The notes under the pieces are model-generated. The model ran no database searches. It was not told the DNA's origin and saw only the letters and a list, made by a program, of their open reading frames with translations. A DNA stretch of 64,000 nt from Haliotis rufescens (Eukaryota): positions 49,352,001 through 49,416,000 of the forward strand of contig NW_025964334.1 of the NCBI RefSeq assembly GCF_023055435.1, in the 5' to 3' direction. Shown here piece by piece: positions 26,901-41,200 of the stretch. The position numbers were made by a program, and so were the translations under genes. Each line of letters opens with the position of its first letter. The first letter of the stretch is position 1.

Positions 26901-29900
26901 ATCTGACACTTGATTCTTAAACGTCAATACTTTCAGCTTTTTGAAAGCATAACTGTTCTGGGTTATAAAAAAACCCAGTTTACGTTTGTTTTGGTGATGA
27001 AATCCGTAAATATATTAGTTTGTGGATACTTATGTGTCATTGATCTGTAAACCCTTTTAGAAACCCTTTTAGAATCATCTCTACATTGAGAATCAATCAA
27101 TTATTCTTCGGGCCTATGGCAAGAATCATTATTAAATCAATAACTCTTTTCGCCAACATTGGATTTCCCCTCCCATACATCTGTCTACTCGTAAATATTG
27201 CGTTCACATACTGCTGTATGAACAAAGGCCGAAGATAATCAAGGAGTGAGAGTGCCGAGTGACTGATACGACACTGTGTTACGTTAAGGCAGTTCGAACA
27301 ATGAATATGAAGGGAAAATGGGTCATGTGTAGATAATGGTTTGGGACTGTGTTACGAAAAGAAATTCGAATAATGAATACGAGGAGAAATAATGATGATT
27401 GATTCAGTGATTACTCTGTGAACTTGACCTTTGTTTGGAGTGACAGTGGTTTAAGGCAATCAGAATACTTTGTGAAGCGTTCGTTACGAAACTAGTTGTC
27501 AAGCGAGAAACACGGACATGAAAAGTTTGGGTTTCGAAAAATGTTTTCGAACACGAACAACCAACCCATATGTTCGTGATGAAATAGCGTGGATCTACAC
27601 CGTTATATGAACCAGCGATCAAGAGATTAGGAAGTGGAATTGTGTTGATCTGCACTGAGGTGAAGAACTAGATAGTTTTCATCTAGATTGATTTTCCTCC
27701 TTCTCATGTCAATATAAATCAATTATCACTTAAAATAGCTAAACCTAGTACACTTAGTTATTTAGGAATCCCCTTCACTCAGACAATAGATCCTGTAATA
27801 TCGATTGAACATGTGCAAGTCACACGCACCTGTTTATTGAACGACGTGCTTCCATAGTTGACAGAGGAATCGTTTTTGTACGATTTGACCAAATAGCTTG
27901 ATTTTTTATTTATATTATTAATAACTATGAATATTAAAGCAGCAAATGTCAAACATTTGCATCATGCCGCAATGCAAGATACGCAAACAGACACAAACAG
28001 ACAGGAAGTTTGAAGCAGAAAAGGCTAAACGGAACATATAAGTGAACAGACCTCTATCCACAGTACCAGACATTCGAAAAAATCGTGAAAACGAAAGCGA
28101 CAAAACCCTTTCCATATTCATGAGAAATCTCTGCCAGAAAGACATGATTTGGTGAAGACAGGTCAGGTTGTGAACTCTGGTAGTACGTTTATTGCTTGAT
28201 AATGGAACTACTTACGAGTCAAAGAGTTCTAAGCCTGACTAACGTTCGACTATTGGCCATAAAGTGAACTAGTCAACCTCGTACATTGTTTGAGACGTTC
28301 ATTGCAAGTATATGTGGTCTGTTGAGGCCGTTTGTATATTAGTGACAGTTAGTTGAACGTGATAGGGGTCCAAACGGACACAGCAATTCACCTGCAAAGA
28401 ACAGAACGAGAACCGAGCAGTCATCAAGTTTTTGACTCCCCAAGAAATTCATGACCACATGTCACAAGTGTATGAGGATAAGTGCTCACCTATTCCACAG
28501 TTAAACGTTGGGCAGCTATATTTAATGCTGGGAGAACAAGCTTTGTGGAGGACCCAAGGTCTGGACGTCCCTCAACGTCCATCAATGAAGATTAAATCAA
28601 GGAGATAGAAAAACTTATACTGTCAGATAGACGTATTGCCATTGCTGAACTTGAGGAAGACACAAGCTTTTAAGGATCCACTGAAACTATTATTCATGAA
28701 CATTTACAGATGAATAAGATATCTGCTCCTGGGTGCCAAAGTTTCTAATATCTGATTTTAGGAAAAAGGAACCGACATTATCAGAGAATACTTAGAGCTA
28801 AATGAGGAGGATTTCGTTAAATTCAAAAAGAGATTCTACGGCGCCGCGATTCGCTGTGCAAAGTTACGTCCCTTGGGCACGCCAGAAACCTATGATTGTG
28901 GGTTCGAATCCCGCTTCGCCCCGATTATGTTTCTAGGTTTGTCAGCACCATACCCGTGCTCGTGGGTTTCACCAAAGTGGTAAACCTCTGAGACCTGCAT
29001 CACTTCGGGCTTTCCTCCCCCATTAAGCTGACACGCATTGATATAACTGTAATACTGTTAAAAGCGGCGTTAAACCAAACTCACCCACTCACTCACTGAT
29101 GCGGACCTTTTCTGAACCGTGATCACAACGAGGTGCACCCAGGGAAAGCATGTATGCAGTGTAATGTAATACACAAAATCTAAGAAATTGTTTTTTTTGT
29201 TTTGAAATAAAACTCTATAAGGTTTGTATACGTCGTAATGTTTTGAAAAGAAAGCTTTTGGTGCAGTGTTATCATTTCATATTTTCCATTTTCTTACCAG
29301 GGTTAGGAGATGGAGGAATGTTCAAGAACAAGACCGACTACCCAACACTTACCCGCTTTGCTTACTGCCAGTGTCGCCTGAGGAAGGTGTTTGGGAGTGT
29401 ATTCAAGCAGTTCAGTTGGTCGAAAATCGTCGTTATCTACGATGTCAATGATGCCCACTCCGACATCCTCGGGCAGACGCTGAAGAACGGGTTACAGAAG
29501 GGGAATATCTACCCCTATATGATACAATACTATGGAGACGAAAATCCTGATTTTGAGACTATCCTCAAGACAGCGGCGGATAATGCACGTGGTAAGATCT
29601 ACGATGACCTGACCTTTGTTTTATTACTTGGTTTTAGATCTAATTTGTAAACCCATAGGGTGGGGTTTGAAAAAAATACAAACGTTAATAAAATTGCAAA
29701 AAGTTATTTGTTTCTAAATGTTAAAGTTCGGTTAAAAGGATGAAAAAGAACCCATGCCATTAAATTAGAGAAAAGTGCTGCTTCGGGTGTTTCGGCGGCT
29801 GTCAATTTGTATACTTCCAAGGAGGTTACGAATGTAAACTGGTATTAATGGCATGTGATGGTACTTTATTAATATGCTTTTACACTTTGAAATTTTGCTC

Positions 29901-32172
29901 TACATTTATGAACAGGAATGTCTAAGAACAGAGACATCTGGTGTAGCTTCTAATTAAACATTCAAATTGATTTAATAAAATAATCATAATTTAAAATCAA
30001 GTAATTCAAAATTTATGATACTTAAGAATGCATGAAACAAAAGGCAATTGCAATTACACATTTGATGGTATTAGTTTGCAAAGTGTGATATTGTATTTAT
30101 CTTTTAGAACTAATACAATTAAAATATATGGCTATCAGGGCCAATACATGTTGTTTTCTTATTTAGCCACCAGAGAGCAAAATTTGTAAAAAAAATATTT
30201 AGCCATCGGAAACCAATAATTGTTATTTTCTATTTCATAATTATCATATTTTATTTAGCCTAGCCATCAGGAACCAATAATAACAATATACTATATAAAG
30301 CGATCAGGATATCAATAATTTGTTATACTTTATTTACCCATCAGGAACTCTTACGCAGTGCTTATTTAAATAGTTCTTTTCGCTATCATGAATCAATAAT
30401 TATTATGCTTACACTTGAGTACATAACCTTTTCTTTGTCCTACAGTTGTGGTGTTGATTGTTCCCGGCGATTCTCTGCGAAAGTTTCTGCTCACTGCGCA
30501 TGACATGGGCTACACAACCAATGGTGAGTTCGTTTTTATGGACGTTGAGCTATTTCCGTTTCCTGGGAACTACTGGGGCAACCATGATTGGCGGAGAGAC
30601 GACTCACGTGACCCGGAAGCTAAGGCAGCCTTTGAATCCCTTCTTCGGATCTCTTTACGAGAACCAACGAGCGAAGCATGGAAGAACTTCACCTGTGATG
30701 TCATCAGAATCGCCAGCGACGACTTCAACTTCACATACGGAGAGGAAAAGGTAAAAAACCCAAACCATTTGTTGAAGGGTTCTTTACTCCAGAAATGTAG
30801 AAAAAGTGAGACCCCAGTTCGAGACATGCAGATTACCGGTATAAGGCCACAGCACCGTTAAACAATATACCAGGACATCACTTTAAAAACGAAGAAAACA
30901 GAAGCGATTTATCGAGTTAAAGGTGAAATGGGGTTTAACGTCGCGTCCAAGATTACTGCACTTATATAGCGACGTGCATGCACGTGTGTGTGGCTGCTTG
31001 TACTAGTCCGGACTGATGCCGATTTATAGTGCTAGCCCACTGAGATACCATGCCGCAGTTTAACATGAATACCCCACTCAGACACAGTATACTGACTCCG
31101 AGCCGACCAGTCCTTGTTTTAGCCCCTTAATGCCGAGCGCCAGACAGGGTAACAACAAGTACCATCTTTTAATGTCTTTTGGTATGGCGCGGCCGGGGAT
31201 CTATCGAGTTAAAGATGTCTACGTTCACAGCGTAGCTCGAATTGTATCGGTAGTCCCTTAAGCGTCACACTGTTTGTTTGTTTGTTGTTTTACGCCGCAC
31301 TCAGCAATGGAGGAATCATAGATTAAAAGTCATATGGTCAAAGACACGGCGTTAAATACCAATACGAAATGTGAATAAATTACCATTTTACGAGAGGCTG
31401 CGTTTTGGTTACGGCAAGAGTGAATCAGAAAGGCATTGTAACATTCCTCAAACTGTGACGTCATTGCATTGTAAGCCCGTTTCGTGAAGTTTTAGCACCG
31501 TATGACACCATCGTCTGCACGTTAAAAATTGAAGGCATTACCCAAATGCGTACAATTTAATACAATTGCTCAATATTTAACACACTAACATAGAGAAATA
31601 AGTATTTTTTATTAGGATATACTCGTGACCGTACAATAGGCTGCTTTCATTACACATTTCTTACGGTTACTGAAAAGAATTTGTCCTTTTATTTATAGAT
31701 TGACGTTTAGTCCATATCTGGTTAAATGTTTAATACTATAAATCGTACTTTTTATCAAAACTGTCACCTGGTTAGCGAATAGCTGGAAAATTGTTGATTC
31801 GGCGTAAACTAACAGTCATTCCCTATATGCCTCTATTGTAAAGTGTCAATTTGACACGGTCGTTAATAGAATGCCTAAACGCAACAGAATACACACTGAC
31901 ACCTTCCTTTTCCTATTGGAAAGAGACCGCCTCCTTTGTCTAGTGGTAGAGCGTCCGCCCGGAGAGCGGACGGTCGGGTTCGATCCCCGGCTGCGTCATA
32001 CAAAAAGACGTTAAAAGATAGTACTTGTTGTTACCCTGTCTGGCGCTCGGCATTAAGGGGCTAAAACAAGGACTGGTCGGCTGGGAGACAGTACACTGTG
32101 TCTGAGTGGGGTATTCATGTTAAACTGCGGCATGGTATCCCAGTGAACTAGCACTATAATCAGCATAAGTCC

Positions 32173-32235
<63 letters not shown>

Positions 32236-35200
32236 GCTCAAGTGCAATAATCTTGGACGCGACTTTAACCTCCTATTGGAAAGTAAAATTCAATCGTCTA
32301 GATTTTAGAAATGCCATCATGCAAAAGATAAGTACCCAGAACACAAATATCCGGGGGATCGCGGTACTAGAAGAGAGCAGTCGACTACGAATATAACGAA
32401 CTCAACTGTGAAGAACTACAAATCTATTCCCCAAACACCCAGGGTGACCTCGGTGAGTCGCGGACAAATGACAACTTGAACGATTAAATGATCACAATGA
32501 CATTATTCTTGACCTACCGACCATGCAAGTAGGGAACACTGGGACATTGTCGCGTCAGCGTGCTTTAACTACTTTTGACACTTTTCGCTTGTTTTTGTAA
32601 GAGCGACAATGTCTCTTCTCTGATTCTATATGCAAGAGTACAATAGCATTAACAATTTATATTATTTTTCAGTTTTACTTAAGCCAGTTGGATACATAAA
32701 ACGAACTACTGAATAGATTACTTAATTATTTATTTCACACATTAATCTGTAAAATTATCTCAATGACCTGAAAATGTCCCGTTGTGTGTACGCTTCGTTG
32801 AGATATGACCATAGTATGATTGTCTTGCCCGTTAGTTGTCTGTGGAACCCGTGGTGATTAACACGGATCGATGGAATCAGCATTTATCTTCTATAGAAAA
32901 CTGTGTCAGAATCAAGTGCAGATAAACATAAACTGTTCAAAGGAAATCCGACTCCCGATAACTTTCATCTAAATCATCACCATCTGTCCTGTGTAAATCA
33001 GGTGTCCAACTGACAAACCAACCAACTTTAGTTGGAGTTTCATTGTGGGAAGCCATGGCTGTTTCTATTCAGTGTTGTTATGTTGTGGCTTGATGACCAG
33101 GCAGTCAATATTACTGTTATATATTGCATGCTTTATGCCACGTGATAAATAACATGTGGACACACACACCGTGTCCTGTTTCGCTGACATCGATAAAGCA
33201 TTCCTCTTTATCACCGTCGAGTAGTACTGCTGATCTGCGATTTCGTCCGTTTTTTTCGAGCTGTAATGGGCTTGCTCGCGACTCTTCAGATAACGTGGTT
33301 GTTGTATCGAAAGACAAACACCAATAATCATTTCACATAAACTGCCAGGCAAAAGACATAATCTACTTGAACATTGGACGTGAGCGAAAAAAACCAACCG
33401 TTATAAAAAAATAAAAGAAATAAAAATATACACCTATGTTAAATTGAGGATAGACATGAAACAAACAAGGGTATTCGATGGTCATGTACTAGGATATGAA
33501 ACGGCTGTCAAAGTTAAGCTTGCAGTGTTTCGCCGACTGTTTTCAGCCTTGTTACATTCTGATACAATCTCATCAAAATCCGATCTTAGTTCTCGCTACT
33601 GCTTAACAGAGATCTCAGGACATCCTGTTACAGGTAACGCTATAGCCACCTTTCGTAAAGTTTGACCGACCAATGAAATGACTAACAAGAAGTCGACGTG
33701 AGCCAATCACAAAGCAGCTTTCTCGAGCTTTACGGCACTAGTTTCAAGCTGGCGATTCCCATTTCGGATTACGCTTTGAAACATATTTTGACTAAGTTCT
33801 CGATTCAAGATTTGAAAACTGAACAAAAGAAAATGCTGGAAGGTCTATTAAATGGCAGTAATGGTACTTCCCATAGGCTACGGAAAGTCTCTTCCATTTC
33901 AAATGTTTATCCCATTGAGGCGAGAGATAGAAAAGGATTTTGATTGAATCAGTCGTAATCCCATAACTGTCATTCGGAATTCCCTGAGCTAACATTTTCG
34001 AGGTTGCATGATTAGAAAACACTTCCCCGATCCTGTAAGCGACGCTCTGATTGGTCGGATGAAAGATCGTTCTGACGTGACCCGTAATGGGATATCCCCA
34101 GATCTTTGTTTAGCGGTTACGTGAACTAAGATCTGAATTTAATGAGTTTGCGTTTTAATGTTTGTATTTTTTTTAATGAAATTCAATTTTCAAGTATATA
34201 CTTTCATTTGCCCGGCAGTGTTGTTATATTTAGATTAAGTTATTTTCACAAAAAAACAACATTATTTTGTATATTTGGTGTTTTTCGTGCGTGAATGAAA
34301 CCTCGGACAAAATGTTTGTCTGAATGCAGCGCAGTCATTGTCGTAGCCTGATCTGTTTGTCTTTTCAGGTGAACTACTTTGTGGGTGCGTTTCACGACGG
34401 GGTGGTGAGGTACGGGATGGCCTTGAATGAAACACTGGCTAAAGGGAGGAGCGTCAGAGACGGCTACACCATCGCCCGCGCCATGTGGAATGAAACTGTC
34501 CTAGGTGGGATATAACATGACCATCCTCGGGTGTCCAGTGTCTTATATATCAATTCCAGGCCATCCTCGAGTGTCCAGTGTATTAGATATCCATTCCAGA
34601 CCATCCTCGAGTGTCCAGTGTATCATATATCAATTGCAGACCATCCTGGGGTGTCCAGTGTATTATACATGTATATCCACCCTAGACCATCCTCGGGTGT
34701 CAAGTGTTTTATGTATCCATTCTAGACCATCCTCGAGTGTCCAGTGTATTATATATTCATTCCAGATCATCCTCGATCGCCGAGTGCATAATATATCCAT
34801 TCCAAACCATCTTCGAGCCCCGAGTGTGTAATATATAAATTCCAGACCACCCTCGAGTGTCCAGTGTATTAGATATCCGCCCAGACCATCCTCGAGTGTC
34901 CAGTGTATTATATATCCATTCAGACCATCTTCGAGTGTCCAGTGTATTATATATCTATTCCAGACCAACCTCGAGTGTCAATTGTATTATATATATCCAT
35001 CCCGTACCATCCCCGAGTGTCAAGTGTATTATACATGTATATTTATTCCAGACCATCCTCGAGTGTCCAGTGTATTATATATTCATTCCAGACCATCCTG
35101 GAGTGTCAAGTGTATTATATATTCATTCTAGACCATCCTTGAGCGCCGAGTGTATAATATATCCATTCCAAACCATCTTCGAGCGCCGAGTGTGTGATAT

Positions 35201-38200
35201 ATAAATTCCAGACCACCCTCGAGTGTCCAGTGTATTAGATATCCATTCAGACCATCCTGGAGTGTCCAGTGTATTATATATATCCATTCCAGACAATCCT
35301 CGAGCGCCAAATGTGTAATATATAAATTCCAGACCACCCTCGAGTGTCCAGTGTGTTATATATATCCATTCCAGACAATCCTCGAGCGCCGAGTTTATTA
35401 TATATCAATTCCAGGCCATCCTTGAGTGTCCAATGTATTAGATATCCGCCAAGACCATCCTCGAGTGTCCAGTGTCTTATATATCAATTCCAGACCATCC
35501 TCGAGTGTCCAGTGTCTTATATGTCAATTCCAGACCATCCTCGAGTGTCCAGTGTATTATATAGCCATTCCAGATCATCCTGGAGTGTCCAGTGTATTAT
35601 ATATATCCATTCCGGACCATCCACGAGAGTCTAGTTTATTATATGTTCATTCTGCGCCACCCTTGGGTGTACATCCGGTTTATACTTGAAATCAATTCTC
35701 TAGTGACACTAATGACAAACCTGTGAATTACATTTCTCCTTGTGTTAATGATACTTATGTGTGAATGAGCTATATGTTTGACCCCGATTGATCTCTTAGG
35801 TGTGACTGGAGACGTCATCATTGACGACAACGGCGACCGGGACACCGATTTCTCCATTCTTGATCTCAACCCCCAGAACGGCGAGTTCCAGGTGTGCTAC
35901 CCAATATACACTCTATCTCTAGAACTAAGATGCTTCTGTTCATAGGACTGTCAGAATTAACACATTTCAAACGAATCATTTTCAAAACTGTGATCTTCTG
36001 GTGAGAGGTGATATTGATTCAAAGGGCGATAACTCTCATTTTAAAAATATTTTTTATATGACCTTTTCACGATATTTGGAGGTAAGACGTCTGAGTCAGT
36101 AGAAATAAAAAGCATATTTTTTTAAACATGAGATCAGGGGATCGGGCAATGAGAGGCATGACCATAGAATAAAACCCTCAGATTGATTAGTATGAGACGC
36201 CGTGATGTTGCTGGAATATACGTAGTCATAAAGAAGAAACACATGAGGATAAGGAACAAGGTAGAATGTTGAATATTGATGAATAATATTTAAAAAGCAT
36301 ATAAGTCGAATATTGTTGAATAACGGTAAAACTACAGCAAACACGTTCATATCGACTGTAGCCTCTGTTCTTACTAGAAATATAAAATTCTGAAACATTT
36401 CGCCATGTAGTCTGTAAATAAGTCGGGCTGCAGGACAGCCTAGTGGTGTGACCGCTCAGGATCCACATTTACTACCTNNNNNNNNNNNNNNNNNNNNNNN
36501 NNNNNNNNNNNNNNNNNNNNNNNNNNNNNNNNNNNNNNNNNNNNNNNNNNNNNNNNNNNNNNNNNNNNNNNNNNNNNNNNNNNNNNNNNNNNNNNNNNNN
36601 NNNNNNNNNNNNNNNNNNNTAGACTAAGTGCTAGCCCACTGAGATACCATGCCGCAGTTCACCATGAATATCCCACATCAATTTTGTTTTAACCCATTAA
36701 TGCGAAATCCATACATCTTTCTGAGGTCAGGGAGCTAACTGACTACTTAAGTCCACTTTCCACGTGTCAAATATATCTTGTGTTTTGCCAAAAACTTACA
36801 TATCTTCATTTCACATTTCTATAGGTTGTTGCCATTTATTGGGGAGACAGGCCTGGATACACCCCCGTAGAATATATGAACATCCACTGGCCTGGGACGA
36901 GTGGATTGCCCCCGCCGAACGTCCCCCGGTGCGGCTTCAAGGGGGACGCACCTGTCTGTGCTGCCCCAGGTAGGTTTCCATCTCCTGTACATTGTATGAG
37001 ACCCCGATATAGTATAGTCCGTATTATGTATGGCTTATCATGTATAACCTGTCTATAATGTATGAGACCCCGATATAGTATAGTCCGTATAATGTATGGC
37101 TTATCATTTATAACCTGTCTATAATGTATGAGACCCCGATATAGTATAGTCCGTATAATGTATGGCTTATCATACATAACCTGTCTATAATGTATAGCTT
37201 ATCATATATAACCTGTCTATAATGTATGGCTTATCATACATAACCTGTCTATAATGTATGACTTATCTCATATAACCTGTCTATAATGTATGGCTTATCA
37301 CATATAACCTGTCTTAAATTTATGACCATCATATATAACCTGTCTATAAGGTATGGCTTTTCATATATAACCTGTCTATAATGTATGGCTTATCATACAT
37401 AACCTGTCTATAATGTATGGCTTATCAATTATAACCTGTCTATAATGTATGGCTTATAACATATAACCTGTCTTAAATTTATGACCATCATGTATAACCT
37501 GTCTATAACGTATGGCTTATCATATATAACCTGTCTATAATGTATGGCTTATCATACATAACCTGTCTATAATGTATGGATTATCATTTATAACCTGTCT
37601 ATAATGTATGGCTTATAACATATAACCTGTCTTAAATTTATGACCATCATGTATTACCTGTCTATAACGTATGGCTTATCATATATAACCTGTCTATAAT
37701 GTATGGCTTATCATACATAACCTGTCTATAATGTATGACTTATCTCATATAACCTGTCTATAATGTATGGCTTATCACATATAACCTGTCTTAAATTTAT
37801 GACCATCATATATAACCTGTCTATAAGGTATGGCTTTTCATATATAACCTGTCTATAATGTATGGCTTATCATACATAACCTGTCTATAATGTATGGATT
37901 ATCATTTATAACCTGTCTATAATGTATGGCTTATAACATATAACCTGTCTTAAATTTATGACCATCATGTATTACCTGTCTATAACGTATGGCTTATCAT
38001 ATATAACCTGTCTATAATGTATGGCTTATCATACATAACCTGGCTATAATGTATGGCTTATCATACATAACCTGTCTATAATGTATGGCTTATCATTATA
38101 CAACACCCGTTTATAATGTGTGGCTTTTCATGTATAACCTGCATATAATGTATGGCTTATCATTTATAACTTGTCTATAATGTTTAACTTCTCATATATA

Positions 38201-41200
38201 ACCAGTCTGAAATGTAGGGCTTATCACAAATAACCCGTCTATAATGTGTGGCTTACCATAGATAGCCTGTCTGTAATGCATGGCTTATTAATACCAGGCT
38301 AACTGTCATAACATGAGATACACGCCTTATAAAGGTCTGTGAAAAAGTGTGAGACCTACGACTGTCGTAGATCTATGTATGGAATCAATAAAAGATCATC
38401 CTTATCCACAAGATCTACGGTTGGCGTAAATATACGAAACAGTACGATAGCTTTAGTACCGAGCTCGAACCGTGGAACGAGAACAAGTGCTCTCACCCAC
38501 AAAGTGACTATATCCTTACGACTACCCCGAACCTTAATTTGACAGACTTATCACATATTTGCCGCAGCTTGTGAAAAATGCTTGTTAAAAAAACCCATCG
38601 TCCAGTGCCTCCTTGTAATACTGGCACATTTAAGAGAATTTTCCGAAACAATATCCTGTCATTAACACAAACTTAAGCTCCTATCGACTACCCGAATAGA
38701 AAATGGCGAGTCCCTGAGTTGTATTAATCGATTTAACGTCTGAGAATCAGGTACATTACCCACCTTGACCCCACAAGGCTCGTGAAATCGTGAAACGAAG
38801 AACAATCTGTTTAAGTTGTTCACGCGTAAATCAAACCCGTAACCGGTCCAAGACGACCAAGTGGTGTAGTCACGTGACTGTTTCCGTTGGATACGGGGTC
38901 TTGTTTCGACACACGGTCGCTAATGAAAGCAACGTCATTCACACTGCTATCTTGTTCCGCGGAATCCTGTGAGAGTGCAGCTGAACAAATTTAAGCGGGA
39001 CTGAACATGAGGCGTATTTTTCCTGCTCTCGCGGATTGCTCACTTATCAAATGCACGACAATCAATTAGGTAATTCACTTCCGGGATTGTTTTAAAACAC
39101 TTTTGCTTTTTTTTTACATTTAATTCTGATTGAAAAACTGTGACGTGCTATGCTGTATTATATTTCATGATATGTGATATACCCCATGGTATGATGTATT
39201 ACACACGTGCTGTACTGTAAAATACTCAATGATATAATGTACCTGTGAAGATCCGGGGTAGAACAGGTCTCCAGCAACCAAACTTGCCGCAAAAGGCGAC
39301 CATGCTTGTCGGAGGAGGCGACTAACAGGATCGGGTGGTCAGGCTCGTCGACTTGGTTGATGCATGTCATCGTATCCCAATTGCGTAGACCCAATGCTCA
39401 TGATGTCAATCACTAGCCGTCATAAAGCTGAAATATTGCTGAGGATTGCGTTAAACAACAAAAATAAAGCACAAAAAATATGATATAATGTTCTTTACGT
39501 CATGATATATATAATACACATGTGATATACTGCAGATACTCAATGCTATAACCGTTCTCTATTACCTACGAGGGCAAACACACCGGGTTCATAAAAATCA
39601 TATGTGCCTTTAGGTCATATTACGTCAGGAGACAACAGTGTATTATTTCCGTCATCCGGGCGGCATTGTTGACGTCATTCGAATCTTATTGTGGCGTGAG
39701 GTCTGAATGACGTCACACTCGAAACGACGTCTTAGCTGAAGTTGACGTCATTCAATAAATTGCGGTTCCACTGCTGTTGCGACTGTTACTGTCCTTATAG
39801 GTAAACAGTCTCTGTATGTAGATATCTTTTTCGGTAATAAATAGATTATATTCGTGTTCATGTCAAACTATATTTACGACACTCGTGCCTAAATTCCGGT
39901 ATTAAATACCAGAATTTAGACACTCGTGTCGTTAACATAGTATGACATGAACACTGGTATATAATCCTCTATATACGTCATGATATTATGTTACAAACAC
40001 GTTCTATACTGTAAAATACACCTGAATAATATGACATGATATGATACATCACGAAAACAAGAGTATATCATAATTCACATAAACTGCCGGGCTAAAGGAC
40101 ACTTGAAAATTGGATTTGACCAAAATATTACAAACGTTATCACACGTTACTAGGCTGAACTCTTAACACTGAAAATTTAAAAATTCCAAAACACAACTAT
40201 GATATTAGTATGCCACGGTGCTCAAGGATTACTTGATGATTACGCCCCCTACGCTAGAGTACGCCTCAACTGCAACTGGTAATTGTCAAAAGCTATGGAA
40301 GAGCGGGTTTGTTTTTTGAATACACACGTGAAGTTCAAAAAATAAATACAGAGACACACCGATTGTATTTAGGCGCACTGACAAAGGCAAACCAACTGAT
40401 AGTAAAAGGATTTATTAACACAAGGCAATAACAACCAAGCTAAATCATTACTGGTTTAAGTTAGCAATAAGTAAGGTCCCACATAACGTGAGTAAGTTTA
40501 ACAGGTTTAAGTTATCAGCACTTATAGTAACTACAGTTCTAACACACAGCTGACCCGATCTTAATACACAGGGTATAAAATCTACACAGGCAAAAATTGC
40601 CACGACGACAGTCTACATAGATTGACAGACATCGGATCAACCCCCTGTTGCGTAACCAGCTTCCGTCGGGGCACCAAAGCTGCCGTACGAACTGAAGTTG
40701 GAAATTATATCTCAGATGATATATATAAGCCTATACTCGAGGGGCGACAAGGCGCGGACGGAAGAGTAGAAATGTAAACGACCGCCTTGGTTGTATTTCA
40801 CAACAAACGGCTACTCAAAGCTAACAAGTCAAGATTCTTTTAACAAACTAAATCCGATACCACCTTCAGTAAACTACGGTTATAACGAACACGCTTATAA
40901 CGAACTGACGGATATAACGAACTTACTTTTTTAGTCCCGACTATTTGCTGTAGTTATGCTGAATATATGCTTATAACGAACTACGGTTATAACGAACTAA
41001 AAATAGTAGTCCCTTTGAGTTCGTTATAACCGTAGTTTACTGTATTATCATTAAAGTGAACATAAATCTTAAGACCATCATGATAAAATGCAGCGTTTGC
41101 ACTTTAAAAAGATATTTATATGCAATAAAGGCCCAATTGGTTTATTTGTTACCGCCTAACAGATATCTAACAACCAGAGGGAATTTAACATTTAATGAAC

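Noticed and set aside
36478-36619. Missing exon hidden in the assembly gaps (also 59170-59370)
   Set aside because: Flanking exons join in phase and the protein is continuous with the expected family motifs.
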